Positions 36,718 to 49,653 of a stretch of DNA of 64,000 nt are shown in pieces (the first letter of the stretch is position 1; each line of letters starts with the position of its first letter). The notes under the pieces are model-generated. The model saw only the letters and a list, made by a program, of their open reading frames with translations. It made no database searches and was not told where the DNA came from. The stretch spans positions 5,704,001 through 5,768,000 of the forward strand of contig CP110439.1 of NCBI GenBank assembly GCA_026914245.1, written 5' to 3'. Source of the stretch: Puccinia triticina. Taxonomy: Eukaryota. Made by a program: the position numbers and the translations under genes.

Positions 36718-39700
36718 CTCCAAAACAAATGTGCAAGTCATGTCTGGTCATCTAGGCCATCTTGGTCACTGTGGGACAAGTTTATGAAAGGATCCCTAAA
36801 GTATCAGATGTGGCAGGTTAAATAATAAAAACTACTTGACTTTATGTATTTCCTTAACTGTAGTGCAAGGAGTCTTCCAGCCTTGTCCAACATATCTACT
36901 GCAGAATCATATGCTTGGAAAACTTTGTCCAAGCAATTGACAGACATGATTTTTCCAATGAGCCAATTTTTGGCAGTCACAAGCAGCCACTACCTCACCA
37001 GCTGTAGACAGCAAATACATTAGCCAATCTGAGATCATCTCCAAATTTTCAATGCAGCCACATTCATCAATTCTGCTTGCCCTATTCTCTTATATTGCTG
37101 TTCAATAGACCATAGATGGGGCAGGTTGGCTCCTTAGTTTCTGTGAGAGTGAACCTTCTGAATCATTGTTTTTGAAGTCAAAGGTTTTTATTATCCACTT
37201 AGTTCTCTATTGATATCCTAATCATTCCAAAAAAAAAAAGTTTTAACATTCATATTCAATTCTCATTGTCAAAATTGAAGGGTTCCAAATCCCAATCTGA
37301 CCTCCAGGTGCTGGAGGCCAAATTATATTGGGACGGACACCATTCATCCAACTGATAGGATTGTTTCAATTAGGGCCAAAATTCCTGCTCTTCTCAACTC
37401 ATCAATAATTGACCATTTGCATTGCTGGAGCCCTTGCCTCCAAAAAATATTTTTTGATGAAAGGTAGATTGGAGGCTCAAGAACCACTGGAACTTACACA
37501 TTACAGCCCTTTCACATCTAAAACTGCCTGTGATATCAGGCCAAACTTACAGCCAAATACCAACCCGCCCAACGTTCTACAGGCCACACTTACAGCCAAA
37601 TGACCATCTGCCTAATGTTCTCAGTGGGTTTAACCAATTTAATGAAATTATGTCAAAAGAAGTTTGAGATTTTCAAAATGGTCTCTCCTTCATAAAAAGA
37701 GGAGTGTTCTTTAAAATTTTTGCAGCTTTCCTGAGTCCTTTGCTTTAATGGGGGGGTCTCAAAATTGGCCAGATGAAATTTGCATGCACTTTTGCAAGTT
37801 AGTGTTCAAGCTCGTTCTTGAACACTGAGTTGCAAAAGTGCATGCAAGTCACATCTTACTATGTATACCCCCTCAACCCAATTCAATGTTATTCTGAATG
37901 TTGGTGTTCAAGAAAAGCCTTGAAAACTAACTTGCAAAAGCACATGCAAGTCATGCATGGCCAAGTTTGAATCCCCCTAATGATTCATGCAGTAACTCCA
38001 AAGAACTTTGTTTTGCTGTTCTGTGTAAGACATGTACTGCTCTGTGCAAAAGGTTTGTTTTTCTTTGCAAGAAGTGGGTAAGGTTAAATCTGAATTCAAG
38101 TGCCTCCAGCCCTACCAAGCAAAGGTCAAAAATCAACTTTTGTTTAGGATTGGTGACTTCTTTTTTTTGGGTGGAAGACATTCAGTTTGACAGTTTGAGT
38201 ACTTGGGGGTGTGAGGCTGGAAAATTTGGTTTCTTGGAAACAGAAGTGGCTTTCAATTTGTATGGAGAAACAAGAATGTAACTTGGGACCAATTGCCTGT
38301 CATTGTTGCAGTGGTAATGGCAACAGGTGCCAAGTGTGGCAACTAGAAGGAGATTGGGGCAGGGGAGTTGGTGCAGACTTGATTCCTGCAGCGGCGCAGC
38401 CGCCTTGGGCTCTAGTAAGGATAAAGCTTTAAATATGCTAATAAGGGAGTTTTGATAATTGAAAGGGTTTAATCCAGTGGATATTTGCGTGCTGTGGATG
38501 GTTTAAAGGGAAAAGGGGCTACAGTAGTAGCAGAGGAGAATATTCATGGCAACTTACAGTGTTGATGGCGTTGAATGGTCTGGGGGATCTTTCCCTGAGG
38601 GCTAAATAGGCCTCTATTTATAGAGGGAACTTCAGTGGACGCAACCACTAAATCCTTTTCTCCCTATGGGAGTATCCTGAGGTGTAGCGGTGAACAAGGC
38701 TTGGCTGTGGGCAATTTATTTTTATTATAATAGACTAATTTCCCTGACTCTGTCACATGACATGTTTATAACCAATTGTCATGTGAAAGAGCTTCAGTAG
38801 AAGTCTACATAATGCTTTCACGGGGTATTTTTACACAAGTAATATTACTCTTTAATGTACAATAGTTTATTTTTACGTACTTTGTTTATTTTACTAATTT
38901 TTTGTATGTAATACCTTTTTTGGGCGCTTTCTGGGGCCAATTCTTAATTATACAATTAGTACATGAAGGGATAGGAATAAGGGGTTAGTTTGAGTGGGTG
39001 ACCCCCCTCAATTTATGATGAGGAATCTGATTCTGCAATAATAATTCACTAATTATTATCATTTACCAAGTTATTGCAGTCTTTTGGATACTTAATGTAT
39101 CTCTAAGGCTGACAAACATCCAGGCAGAGTTTGATGGTGATAGTCTTGGGATCTAAATACACAGAGCATCACACCAAGAGTTTTTTTCAAGTCTATAAAG
39201 ACTTGAAAATTGCAAAACAAGAACTGACTGCCCTCCATATTGAAAAATTCATCCTCCAAGACTTGAGGATTATCTGGGTTTCTGGGGTTGAAGATTTGAA
39301 TCCAACCAACAAGTGTCCAGCTTTTGAAATCATTATTGGTTTGTGGAATATGGTAAAAGTTGTATATTGTGAATGTCAGGAAAGAGGAGAAGTCAGCTGA
39401 TGTGTAGGGTTTGCCATTCTCTGTGTGATTCATGGAGGGGTATTGATTGGCAATGAGGGGTTCTTGATTAGCTTTGTGTACACCAGGTGCAAAGCTTCTC
39501 AATTTGTCAGAGATCCACTGTCCAGCTTTGAGAAGGCAAGCTTTTTGGTCCTCCGGGTTGAATTTCAGAAGTTTTATTTGTTTTGGCAAAAACTCCAGAG
39601 AACAGAGCCATTGGAAATGTTCATTGTTCTTTGAACATTTCCGCCAGCAATTGTCCCATAAAGATCCACAATATTGGGGCCCGTTGGTGTCGATTTTGGC

Positions 39701-40747
39701 AACATAGTTGATCCAGCTGAAAAGATGCAGGACAAATTTCTCCCAACCTTTGTATTTGCTGGCCGCCATTCTTTTGAACAGATACCAAGCTACCATGAAG
39801 AAGGGAGGGAGGTTTTTTGTTGCAACAATGCAAACACAATGCGTCAGGGATACATATTTTTTGCGGATTGTTTTTTCAGACGTAATTTCTTCTTTGGGGC
39901 ATGGTTCATGTTGACAAGAAGGTGGCACAGTAAGGTGGTAGATATTTGTGTGCTGGCTGGGGCTACAAAGCAGTGCTTCTCTTTTTGCCTTGTCTTGAGC
40001 AAATTTCTTAGCATCCTTGCCCATTCGCAGACGTTTACCAGGGCTACATGATCAAAATCACAGTTCAAATCAGCAACAAAATACGCAAGAATTAAATGTA
40101 ACAGTCAGATCAGCAATGATTGTCTTGTCTGAATGAGCTTCAGCATCTGGTGTGGGAATGGTATCACTGAGAAAGTGCGGTGTACTTAGGAGTAGCCGTG
40201 GAACGGATGATGTGCACACCAACAGCACTACCCCTTTGTAACACCAACACCTCCCAGGTCCAACAGTTTCCCCAATAATGAGTGCATTGTAGAATCAGCC
40301 GTGGCATGGATGATATGCACACCTACTGCACTCACTCTACGCAACACCAATTTTGGGGAACATCAAACTTGAGGCCATCTAGATAATTAGGAGAAATTAC
40401 GGTGGATTGTTATTGGGGTAAATTTCAAGTGGTAGGGCCAGAATTGTATTGCTGAGAGCTCCAAATACCAGCTGAAAATCTGGGGAATTTGTGGAAAAAC
40501 AAATCATTTCCAAGCAGTTAAGCATGTGGTAAAGCAAGGGATTGAGGGGCAGGCTTGAAGTTGTTATATTGCCACCAAACCAATAGACTGTTTCACCCCA
40601 TGCAGCTGTAAGCTGCCTGCAGTTCATCATTTCTGCGGTTCCCTCGGAAGCGAACTGATACCAAACATAACCTATACCAAAGAATTGGAGGTTCAGATGT
40701 GGTGCAAGTAAAATTGGACTGATATACATATGTAGAATTAGAGAAAA

Positions 40748-40776
40748 CTAGAGTCCAAGGCGGCTACGCCGCTGCA
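40748..40776 (-). mobile_element. Helitron 3' terminus on the minus strand (5' end not located)
   Basis: The reverse complement reads tgcaGCGGC-GTA-GCCGCcttggactCTAG|t. Confidence 0.8.
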
Positions 40777-41440
40777 CTTGCAGGGACCAAAATAAAAGTC
40801 ACCCACTCCAGCCCACCACCCCGTCACGTGCCCCTGTCTGCCCAATGTAAAGATGCAAAGAGTACCTGGACTTTCCTCAGAAATGGAGGATATTAAATTC
40901 TTAATTTGTTCATAGAGTCCAAAAGTAAAAGTATGAAATTTGTCAAACAAGAGTAAATAAAAAATCAAAACATGATAATTAACCCCATCAAGACAAAAAC
41001 AACCAAGACTAAAGACTGGAGTCTTTATAACACATGATACAACAGTTTTTACTCAAACATTTCTTGAAAAATCCTCATAACTGAGTTTGTAACAAAAAAG
41101 GAACTACTCTAACAATTCTTAATTTGTAACAAAAGAACTACTGTACTGTTTAAGTAAATGTGGAAAGAATAACTAAACTGTCTGAATTTAAATACCAGAG
41201 TACAAGGCCACTACACCGCAGTACTCCCAGGGCAGCTCCGGAAAATCACCAAAGCAAATAACCTTGTAGCTCCCAGCCCACCCTCAACTTGAGAGCACAA
41301 CACTTTTTCAAACTCAAGTGCTGCCAACTTGCAACACAAAGGAGACTTGCCAATCTAAATCCTACTCATACTGACCATACAACCTTTTCCCAAGTCAAGA
41401 ATGCAGAGAGAGAAAAATGTTGTCTCAAGAAAATTTTCAA

Positions 41441-41623
41441 TTATGGTGTTCAAAGTTGGTTTGCATAATTTTATGCATGCATAAATCATAAAATCATAAA
41501 GATATTTTGGCAGGGAAATTTTGTATTACATAATCAGACAGTCATATCCCCTGCAAAAAAGATTTTATCATTTTATGATTTATGCATGCATGAAATTATG
41601 CAAACCAACTTTGAACACCATAA
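41441..41623. repeat. Foldback inverted repeat (~75-bp arms)
   Basis: ttatggtgttcaaagttggtttgcataat... pairs with ...attatgcaaaccaactttgaacaccataa. Confidence 0.8.
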
Positions 41624-42024
41624 ATGGAAACTTGTCTCAAGCAGATGTTTTTATAAGAAATCCCTATACACATCCAATTGTGGTCCCTACAACAGAAGAA
41701 TTGATCACAGAAATTGTACACATAAAACCACCACCTGTTTATTCCTAGGAGTGTTGAGAAAAGAGCTGCCATCAAAATTCAACATTAAGTGAGCTTGAGG
41801 TCCCATTGGAATCATTGTCCAGCACATCATCAGACAAAACTGTCACATGGGTTCTGCAGCAGACAAAGTTTAACTTCAAAGCACATCACCTTGGACTTGC
41901 TGGATTCAAAGGGCACACCCTTTTTTTCCTATGCCCGCCCACACATGCCCATTGTTGGGCGTGTGCTTTGTACAGGTGTGGGTGTGGGTGTGCAGGGGCG
42001 TGTAGGGGCGTGCGAGGGGGTTTA

Positions 42025-42285
42025 TGTATGTATACCAGCTCGCCGGGACTTTGGAGGAACTTTCCTCCCGGCGAGCTGGTATGTGTGTATACCAGCTTGC
42101 CAAGAGGGAAACTCCTCCCAGAAAGCTGGTATGTGAATACCAGATTTCCCAGAGGGAAACTCCTTCCAGCAAGCTGGTATGTGTATACCAGCTTGCCAAG
42201 AGGGAAGCTCCTCCCGGCAAGCTGGTATGTGTATACCAGCTCGCCCAGGGGGAAGTTCCTCCCGGCATACTGCTAACTTGACACA
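42025..42285. repeat. 48-bp double-palindrome tandem array
   Basis: Unit gctggtatgtgtataccagc-ttgccaagagggaaactcctcccggcaa; about 5 copies. Confidence 0.88.
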
Positions 42286-42683
42286 GATCCCCTCTGGTGG
42301 GAGGCTTGCTGTGGCTGGCCGCAAAGCGGCCCCTCTTGCAGGGAGGGATTTGTGCACAAAGTCAAAATTTTGGCTGAGAAAGAAATCACCAATGGCTGGA
42401 GGAAAAATACTTAGCATCACCCAGCCTCCCCCTCAGCTCCTGTGGACCTGCCCCAGAGCCAAATTACACTTCCCAATCTCAGCTTTCAAATGGTGCTGGT
42501 CTCATCTCCCCAATCCTTATCATTTTTGCTGTACTAATGTTTTCAAAATAAAAAAACACAAAGAAATGTAAACCAAGGAATTACAACCATCATGCCTTGT
42601 GGATATTGGATTCACAAGCCTGCATATATCTGCAGATCCTACACCTGTAGCCACTCAATTGTTGCAGATAGGATATTCAATTG

Positions 42684-45600
42684 TGTTGAGTTGTGTTGTC
42701 TTTGTTTCATGTTTTCTCTTTTATGTTTTCCTGCCTCAAACCTTTCCTTCACCTTTCACACATGTGACATCCTGTAGGTAGTTACCTGTGGCAGCAGAAA
42801 CGTGGAAGTCTTTTCCTCATCCTTCCACGAACTCACTCACCCGTGTTCTGCTGCCACAGGTTAGTGTTTCTTTCTTCTCTCTCTCTTTCACTCTTTCTTT
42901 TCCTTTGTTCTTTCTTTCCTTCTCTCTGATGCAATGAACTTATCCTTCCACGAACTCACTAACCCTCTGTGTTCTGCTGCCACAGGGTTCATTGCAACAG
43001 GTTATGAGGCCCAGTTGCGTCTAGCTCTAGCACGTTAAATACCAGATTCACCTGTTCGTGTATCATCTGAAGGATCAAGAAACTCTCATTGCTCCATCAA
43101 CATCGATGTCAACTAGCGATTCAACATACAAACCGGTTCCGCCACACATGGAACTCACTTCTCACCCAGCGTTAAAAATCTCGGGTGTCGAACCACTCAA
43201 GGCCCCAGGTGAAAAGTCAAACTACCTGGACTGGTCTGTGGTACTTGAAATCCACTTCAACGTCACAGGAGTTGGATATATTATTGAAACTCCCCCTCCG
43301 GGCACTGCACCCACTTGACGGGCCACCCAGGCACAAGACAACCTGGCAATCTGCTCGGTCATCTCCCAAACAGTCAAGTCGGTCAATCTCCGCTACATTT
43401 GTCTTTTCAAGGACGATGCAAAAGGCATGTGGGAGGCTCTCAAAGAAGCTCACCAAGACTCGTCGTCGGGGGGGCGAATGTACTGGCTTTGGAAACTCAC
43501 CACAGCCCGAATGACTGGTGATGATGTCAATGCTCACATTGACCAACTTCAAACCTATGCCGAACGCCTCAATGCGGTTGTTACCCCCGGCACTCCACTC
43601 ACTCCGGACAACATACACGCAACATCCCTTCTGAACTCTCTTCCCTCCGACTGGCACCCCTGTGTGTCAGCCCTTATGAACAAGAGCCGCATATCCTCCA
43701 TGAAGATTGTATCGGCCCTTTGCCAAGAGTCCCTTCGCCGCAAAGCTCGCCTCGAGGAGTCTCAACTAATGGAATCAGTTGCTCAAGCCAATATCTCGAA
43801 CGATCGCAAGACCAGCTCACCATACAACGCGGCCCTCTTCTGCTTTTTCTGCAACGTTGCAGGTCACGATCTCTCAGTGTGCAAGACAGCTGCTCGGGTC
43901 CTGGCTGAACACAAACAAAATCGCCAGTCCGATTATTCTTGTTCCAACGACCGATTTTGACGTCACAGCCACTGCAGAGGCCGAGCTAATCCCAAAGCTC
44001 AATTCAAGGCCGGGAAGACTACTGTTGTCGAACTAGGCGGTGGGGATGATGAGGACGGCTCAGACTACTCAGGATCTGACGATGAGTCCTACTCACAGGC
44101 TCCAGCAAAGGCCGGAAATGCCGTCGTTGTAACGGAACAAGCATCGGTTGCTCACTCATCTGCTCATTGGGACGCTAACCTCGATTCCGGGTGCTCGAAC
44201 TGCATGACCCCATACGTCAAGGGCATCTCCAACCTCAAGAGGGACAGTACTGCTATTCGCTTGGCGGACCACTCAACCGTGGAGGCCTCCCACCGCGGTG
44301 TCACTACACTTCCTCTCAAGACTCAAATCTCGGTCCCTACTCTGGTCGTTCCCGACCTCCATGAGCCCTTGCTTTCAATCGCCGCAATGTGCGATGCCGG
44401 CCTCACTTGCGTGTTCAACAAGGGGCACTGCAACATCTACGACTCTTCTTCAGTCATCGTGCAAGGAGACGCCGTTGGACAAGGCTACAGGAAAGGAAAC
44501 CTTTACTTCCTGCCTTCCAACAAGGTAAAGTCTCTTTCAACCTCTGCTGGCTGTCTGTCCTCTGTTGACAGTTCACTGCTCGGCTTTCATTGCCATCTCT
44601 CTCACATAGGCCTGAGGCCTCTGAAGCGCCTTCTCAAGACCCTGAATATCAAGCCGTCAATCATGAACGAAATCGATGTCCAACGTTGCAACATCTGCGT
44701 CCAGTCAAAGATGCACCGAACGGCTTTCAAATCTTGATTGCCTTACAGATCCGACACCCCCGGAAAATTGATCCACTCAGACGTCGGCTCTTTCGAAGTC
44801 ATCTCAAGGGAGGGTTACAAGTATTTTGTTACCTTTGTCGATGATTTCTCCAAATTTGTTTCCCTTTTCCCAATGAAATCCAAATCCGATGTCTTCAACT
44901 GCTTTAAGATTTTCCGCGTGCACTTTGAGCAAGATGGTTCCCACAGGGTGTTGGCACTGCGTTTGGATAACGGCGGCGAATACCTTTCGACGGAGTTTTC
45001 CTCCTATCTTGAGTCTGCCGGGATAGCCCATGAGCCAGGCCCGCCTCACTTGCCCGAGCTCAACGGCGTGGCGGAGAGGAAAAATCGCACCTTGGGAAAC
45101 CTGGTCAGGTGCTCTCTTCTCAGTGCGGGCCTCCCTAAGTTTTTTTGGGCGGACGCCCTCCGCCACGTCTCCTTTTCTCTCAATTCCATCCCATGCCACA
45201 CCCCGGCTGGTTTCAGGGCGCCAAATGAAATCCTGGGGAAACCTCTGATCAACCCCTCCTATCTACACCCTTTTGGCTGCCTGGTGTGGTACAAAGTGCC
45301 GGAAGCTAACAGGAAAAAGCTTGATACGAAGGGTCGCTCGGCCATCCTCCTCTCATACCTCGGCGACGGCAACGGCTACAGGATTTGGGATCTTGAAAAA
45401 AAGTCCGTAGTGAAGTCCCGTGATGTGCTTTTTGACGATCTGTTGTTTCCTTATGGCTCGGCGCTCAAGAGGGAGAAGCCGACTGTCTCAGTTGAACTCC
45501 CTTGGCCAGTGGGTCTCTCTGCACCCTACCCGCCTAAACCAGACGAGCGACCATCAATTCTGGGACCCGACTCACAGGAACGAGAAACTCTCCCGCCACT

Positions 45601-47990
45601 GGACATTTCTCTTGAGCCAAGATTTGACCGGAGGCTGACAGCGTCTATTCACGCGCCAGTAGTGCAGCCGTCCCTCATGTCTACGCCTCCTCCGTCACCG
45701 CCGACTCCTCTCGCACCTCATCCTTCCCCGTCAACGCCTCCACAACCGCCACCTGCTCCTCACCCATCGCCGACGTCTACTTGACCAATCATCAACGCGC
45801 CGCCTCCTCCCCCACCCAAGGAATCTTGCCCTCCACAACCCCCCGTGTTGGCTCCTGATTCCCCAACCCGTCTGTCTCCTCCATTCCCTCAAAATCCATC
45901 TCCGCCCAGACCGGCCTCGCCCCCGAACCAAAATTCAGGCCGTCAGCGACGTGCGCCAGATCGCTACGGCACCTGGGCGAAGCCAGCTACCGTGGATGGC
46001 GAAGTGGATACCCCAAGGACTTGGAAGCAGCTTCTGAAGTTGCCACACAAGAAAAAATGGCTCAAGGCTGCGGATGAGGAATTCCTTTCTCTTCTTGGCA
46101 TGGACACGTGGCGTCTAGTACCACGCCCACTTAAACGCAAGATAATCAAGTCTAAGTGGGTATTCAAGATTAAACGCCGTCCGGACAACTCTATCCAGAA
46201 GCTGAAGGCTCGGCTAGTTGCTATGGGTTATACGCAAGTCAAAGGAGTAGATTACGAAGAAGTTTTTGCACCAACACTTCGTTTGGAGACCCTTCGACTC
46301 ATCCTCAGTCTGCTGGCAATCAAATGTTGGACTGGCAGACAAGTTGACTTTAAAACGGCATTTCTGAACGGGCGTCTTCAGGAACCGGTGTACATGGAAC
46401 AGCCCCCGGGTTTTGAGGACGCCAACCACCCCAACTGGGTCTGCGAAGTCCAGCGCTCAATCTACGGACTCAAGCAGTCCCCTCGCGAATGGAATACCAA
46501 ACTTCACGTCTTTTGCAGTGCGGCCTGACCCAATTGAAATACGACCCAACACTGTACTTCTCAATCAGAGGAGGTGCTCTCGTTGGTGCGGTAGCAGTCC
46601 ATGTGGACGATTTAGCAGTAGTGGGCAAACTTTCCTTTGTTACACCACTCATTGAGGCGCTGGGTAAACGTTTCAAGATAGGTGTGGACAAGGAGCTTCA
46701 TCATTTCCTCTCAATGAAAATTGACAGAGATATTGATAACCGTCTTCTCTACATATCACAAGCGCACTACATCACCGACATTCAAAATCGCTTTCTAGTC
46801 AATCCCCTGGTCTCAGTCCGAACACCAACTGACTCCTCCTTCAAAGATCTAGTCCCAAGAAAGCAGGGTGAGCAAGCGTCCTCCGGCCCGTATCCTCAAC
46901 TCATAGGTGCCCTGCTCTGGGCATCGCAGTGTACACAACCAGACATTGCTTTTGCAGTAAATCGACTCTCTCAATTTCTGCGGGACCCGTCTGAAGCTCA
47001 CTGGAGGGCGGCCATCAGAGTTCTACACTATCTTGTATCAACAAAATCACTGCGTCTGCGTCTGGGGGGATCACTAAACTGCGCGGGTTTTTTGGATTCT
47101 GATTGGGCTGAGGATCGCCACAACCAAAAATCTACGTTGGCGTACATTTACCGGATCGGAGATGGTGCGATCTCATGGAAATCTCGGAAGCAACCCACTG
47201 CGTCCCTGTCCAGCACGGAGGCAGAATACAAGGCGATGTCCAATTCCTGCAAGGAGGGGCTTTGGCTACGTTATGTTCTGACGGAACTGAAGCTTTGACC
47301 ACGTGCACCTATTCCGCTCCATGTCAACAACGCGGGAGCTGAGGCGTTGGCCAAGAACCCCGAGCACCATGCGCGCACGAAACACATCGATGCGCGCTAT
47401 CATTTCTCGCGGGAATGCGTCAAAAGCAGCAAGATATTGGTTCTCCATGTCTCAACAAAAGATATGCTAGCTGACATGCTAACCAAGCCCCTCAGTCGAG
47501 TCCTCCTTGAAGAACACCGAGCCTGTTTTGGGGTAGTTTAATCCTCAATCTCATTTTTTTTCCTACTTCTTTCCCTCCTTGTCCCTGATCCTGTGTTCCT
47601 TTTTCTTCTTCTTCTTTCTTTCTTTTCTTTTTCTCTTCAATTGTTTCATCTAGGTTTTCAGCAAGGGGGGGTGTTGAGTTGTGTTGTCTTTGTTTCATGT
47701 TTTCTCTTTTATGTTTTCCTGCCTCAAACCTTTCCTTCACCTTTCACACATGTGACATCCTGTAGGTAGTTACCTGTGGCAGCAGAGACGTGGAAGTCTT
47801 TTCCTCATCCTTCCACGAACTCACTCACCCTCTGTGTTCTGCTGCCACAGGTTAGTGTTTCTTTCTTCTCTCTCTCTTTCACTCTTTCTTTTCCTTTGTT
47901 CTTTCTTTCCTTCTCTCTGATGCAATGAACTTATCCTTCCACAAACTCACTCACCCTCTGTGTTCTGCTGCCACAGGGTCCATTGCAACA
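42684..47990 (+). mobile_element. Full-length Ty1/copia LTR retrotransposon (decayed)
   Basis: Near-identical LTRs at 42684-42999 and 47672-47990 (TGTTG...CAACA). TSD AATTG/AATTT, PBS GGTTATGAGGCCC at 43000, and a G-run PPT before 47672. Confidence 0.96.
43106..47541 (+). pseudogene. copia gag-pol polyprotein (gag, CCHC, protease, integrase, RT, RNase H)
   Basis: CFFCNVAGHDLSVC; LDSGCS; IHSDVG..DNGGEY..NGVAER; KWVFKIK..KARLVA; VHVDD; DSDWA..SSTEAEY..KHID..ADMLTK. Several TGA stops and a frameshift near 46510. Confidence 0.95.
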
Positions 47991-48509
47991 AATTTTGCAT
48001 ATTATCAGAAAATCCAAAATTGGATCTTCAGTGCAATGGGATATCCTCCAGGATTCCTTTGACCTCCAAAACGGATTCCTTCAAGCAGTTTTGGATTTTA
48101 TGCCTCAAAAACTTGGGAGAGGGTGCCCATCAGTACTGCCAAGAAAACTGTCTATTCAGTTTTTCTTGTACATATTTTGGTAAATTTCAAATTGTGTTTT
48201 TGTGCTTTTAGGATTGAAAATCCTTCATTTGTCTGCCAGCCTGCAGACATAATTCATAAGCCTCTCCTACGGAGAGCCCTCCGGGCGGGGACTCCCGGAC
48301 CCTCCGTTTGAGAGGCTTAGTTAAGCTAGGGCGAGCTGCACCAGGAAAAAACAATAGTCACTTGATGGCAAGTGACATGATGCAGCTTTGGTTTCTGCTC
48401 CAGAGCTACTCCAGCGCTGCTCCAAGTCTGCTCCACCAGCACTTGTAGAGCTTGCAGGACTGCACCAGAGCACTCAATGTGGCACAGTCAGCTGATCCTA
48501 ATTTTTTCC

Positions 48510-49470
48510 CAGGAACAGCTGATGCTCATCATAAGTTGAGCAGTAGGCATTGACTGAGCCTGGCCAAAGCTGAGCATTGGCTGAGCCTGGGCCACAGCTG
48601 AGCATTGGATATTCCAAGCTTGAAACAAATCCAAGTGTCAGCTGGACCAAGAATATTCCAAATCTGAGCATCAGCTTAGCCAACAATGGTCCAAAGCTGA
48701 GCATCATCTTGGAAAAGGCTTGTGCAGAGCTTAGGATCAGCTGGGACAATACTGTTCCAAAGATTAACACCAGCTGGGCCAAAATTTTTCAAAAGCTGAG
48801 CATTGGCTGAGCCAATGCTGGTACAAAGCTGAGCATTGGCTGAGCCAAGGCTGTTCCAAAGCTGAGTATCAGATTTTTTGAGACTATTCAAAAGATTAAT
48901 ATCACCTGAGCCAAGGCTGTTCCACAGCTGAGCATCAGCTGAGCCAAGGCTGGCCCACAGCTGAGCATCAGCTGAGCCAAGGCTGGTCCACAGCTGAGCA
49001 TCAGCTGAGCCAAGGCTGGTCCACAGCTGAGCATCAGCTGAGCCAAGGCTGGTCCACAGCTGAGCATTGTCTTAGCCAAGGTTGGTCCACAGCTGAGCAT
49101 CAGCTGAGCCAAGGCTGGTCCACAGCTGAGCATTGTCTTAGCCAAGGTTGGTCCACAGCTGAGCATCATCTGAGCCAAGGCTGGTCCACAGATGAGCATA
49201 AGCTGTTACAGGAGTGGTCAGACTCAGAATCTGAGCATTGTCTGGGCCAAGATTTATCCAAAGCTGAAAATCAGCTGAGCCAATACTGGTCCAAAGCTGA
49301 GCATTGGCTGGGCTAATGATAGTCCTAATCTGAGTTTAAGCTGAGCCATGACTGGAATAAAGCTGAAAATAAGCTGGGCCAAGACTGGTTCTGATCTGAG
49401 CAACAAAGCTGAGCATGAGCTGGGCACCAAAGCTGAGCATAAGCTGGGAGCTAAAGCTGAGTATCAGCTG
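48510..49470. repeat. 33-bp tandem repeat
   Basis: Unit ctgagcatcagctgagccaaggctggtccacag; homogeneous core at 48905-49200 with degenerate flanks. Confidence 0.9.
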
Positions 49471-49653
49471 ACCAGAAATGGGGATCAGTGGTGCCCAGCA
49501 AAAACTGAGGATCTTCTGTGGAAATTATTAAACTGGTTAGATGGTGGGCAGATGGTGGGTAGATGATGGGTAGATGGTGGGTAGATGGTGGGTAGCCCGC
49601 TGGAGCTGGCATGATGTCACTTGTCATCAAGTGACTATTTTTTTTTTCTGGTG

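Larger units (their letters stand above)
32791..38415 (+). mobile_element. Non-autonomous Helitron (5,625 bp) with gene-like fragments
   Basis: A|TC at 32790/32791; GCGGC-GCA-GCCGC at 38391-38403 and CTAG|T at 38412-38416. Excision restores the LTR sequence caactactta|taaggataaa. Confidence 0.93.
32511..39114 (-). mobile_element. Solo LTR family A (segments 32511-32790 and 38416-39114) interrupted by a Helitron
   Basis: Reverse complement of 20463-21454 with a perfect TSD AACAT at 32506-32510 and 39115-39119. Confidence 0.93.
31245..40024 (-). pseudogene. TET/JBP-like 2OG-Fe(II) dioxygenase, split by two solo LTRs
   Basis: ORF 40024-39115 has GSLWDNCWRK, FSSFLTFTIYNFYHIPQTNND (degenerate HxD region) and YHHQTLPG. 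Removing the LTR (TSD AACAT) restores GCLPTDMYTRLGFSCQM at 32510-32396. The tail continues beyond LTR B to a TAG at 31247-31245, needing a slip in an A-run. Confidence 0.8.

Noticed and set aside
48888..49199. Repeat protein ORF (LMLSCGPALAQ)n
   Set aside because: A by-product of a 33-bp tandem repeat; flanking units contain stops and there is no gene structure.
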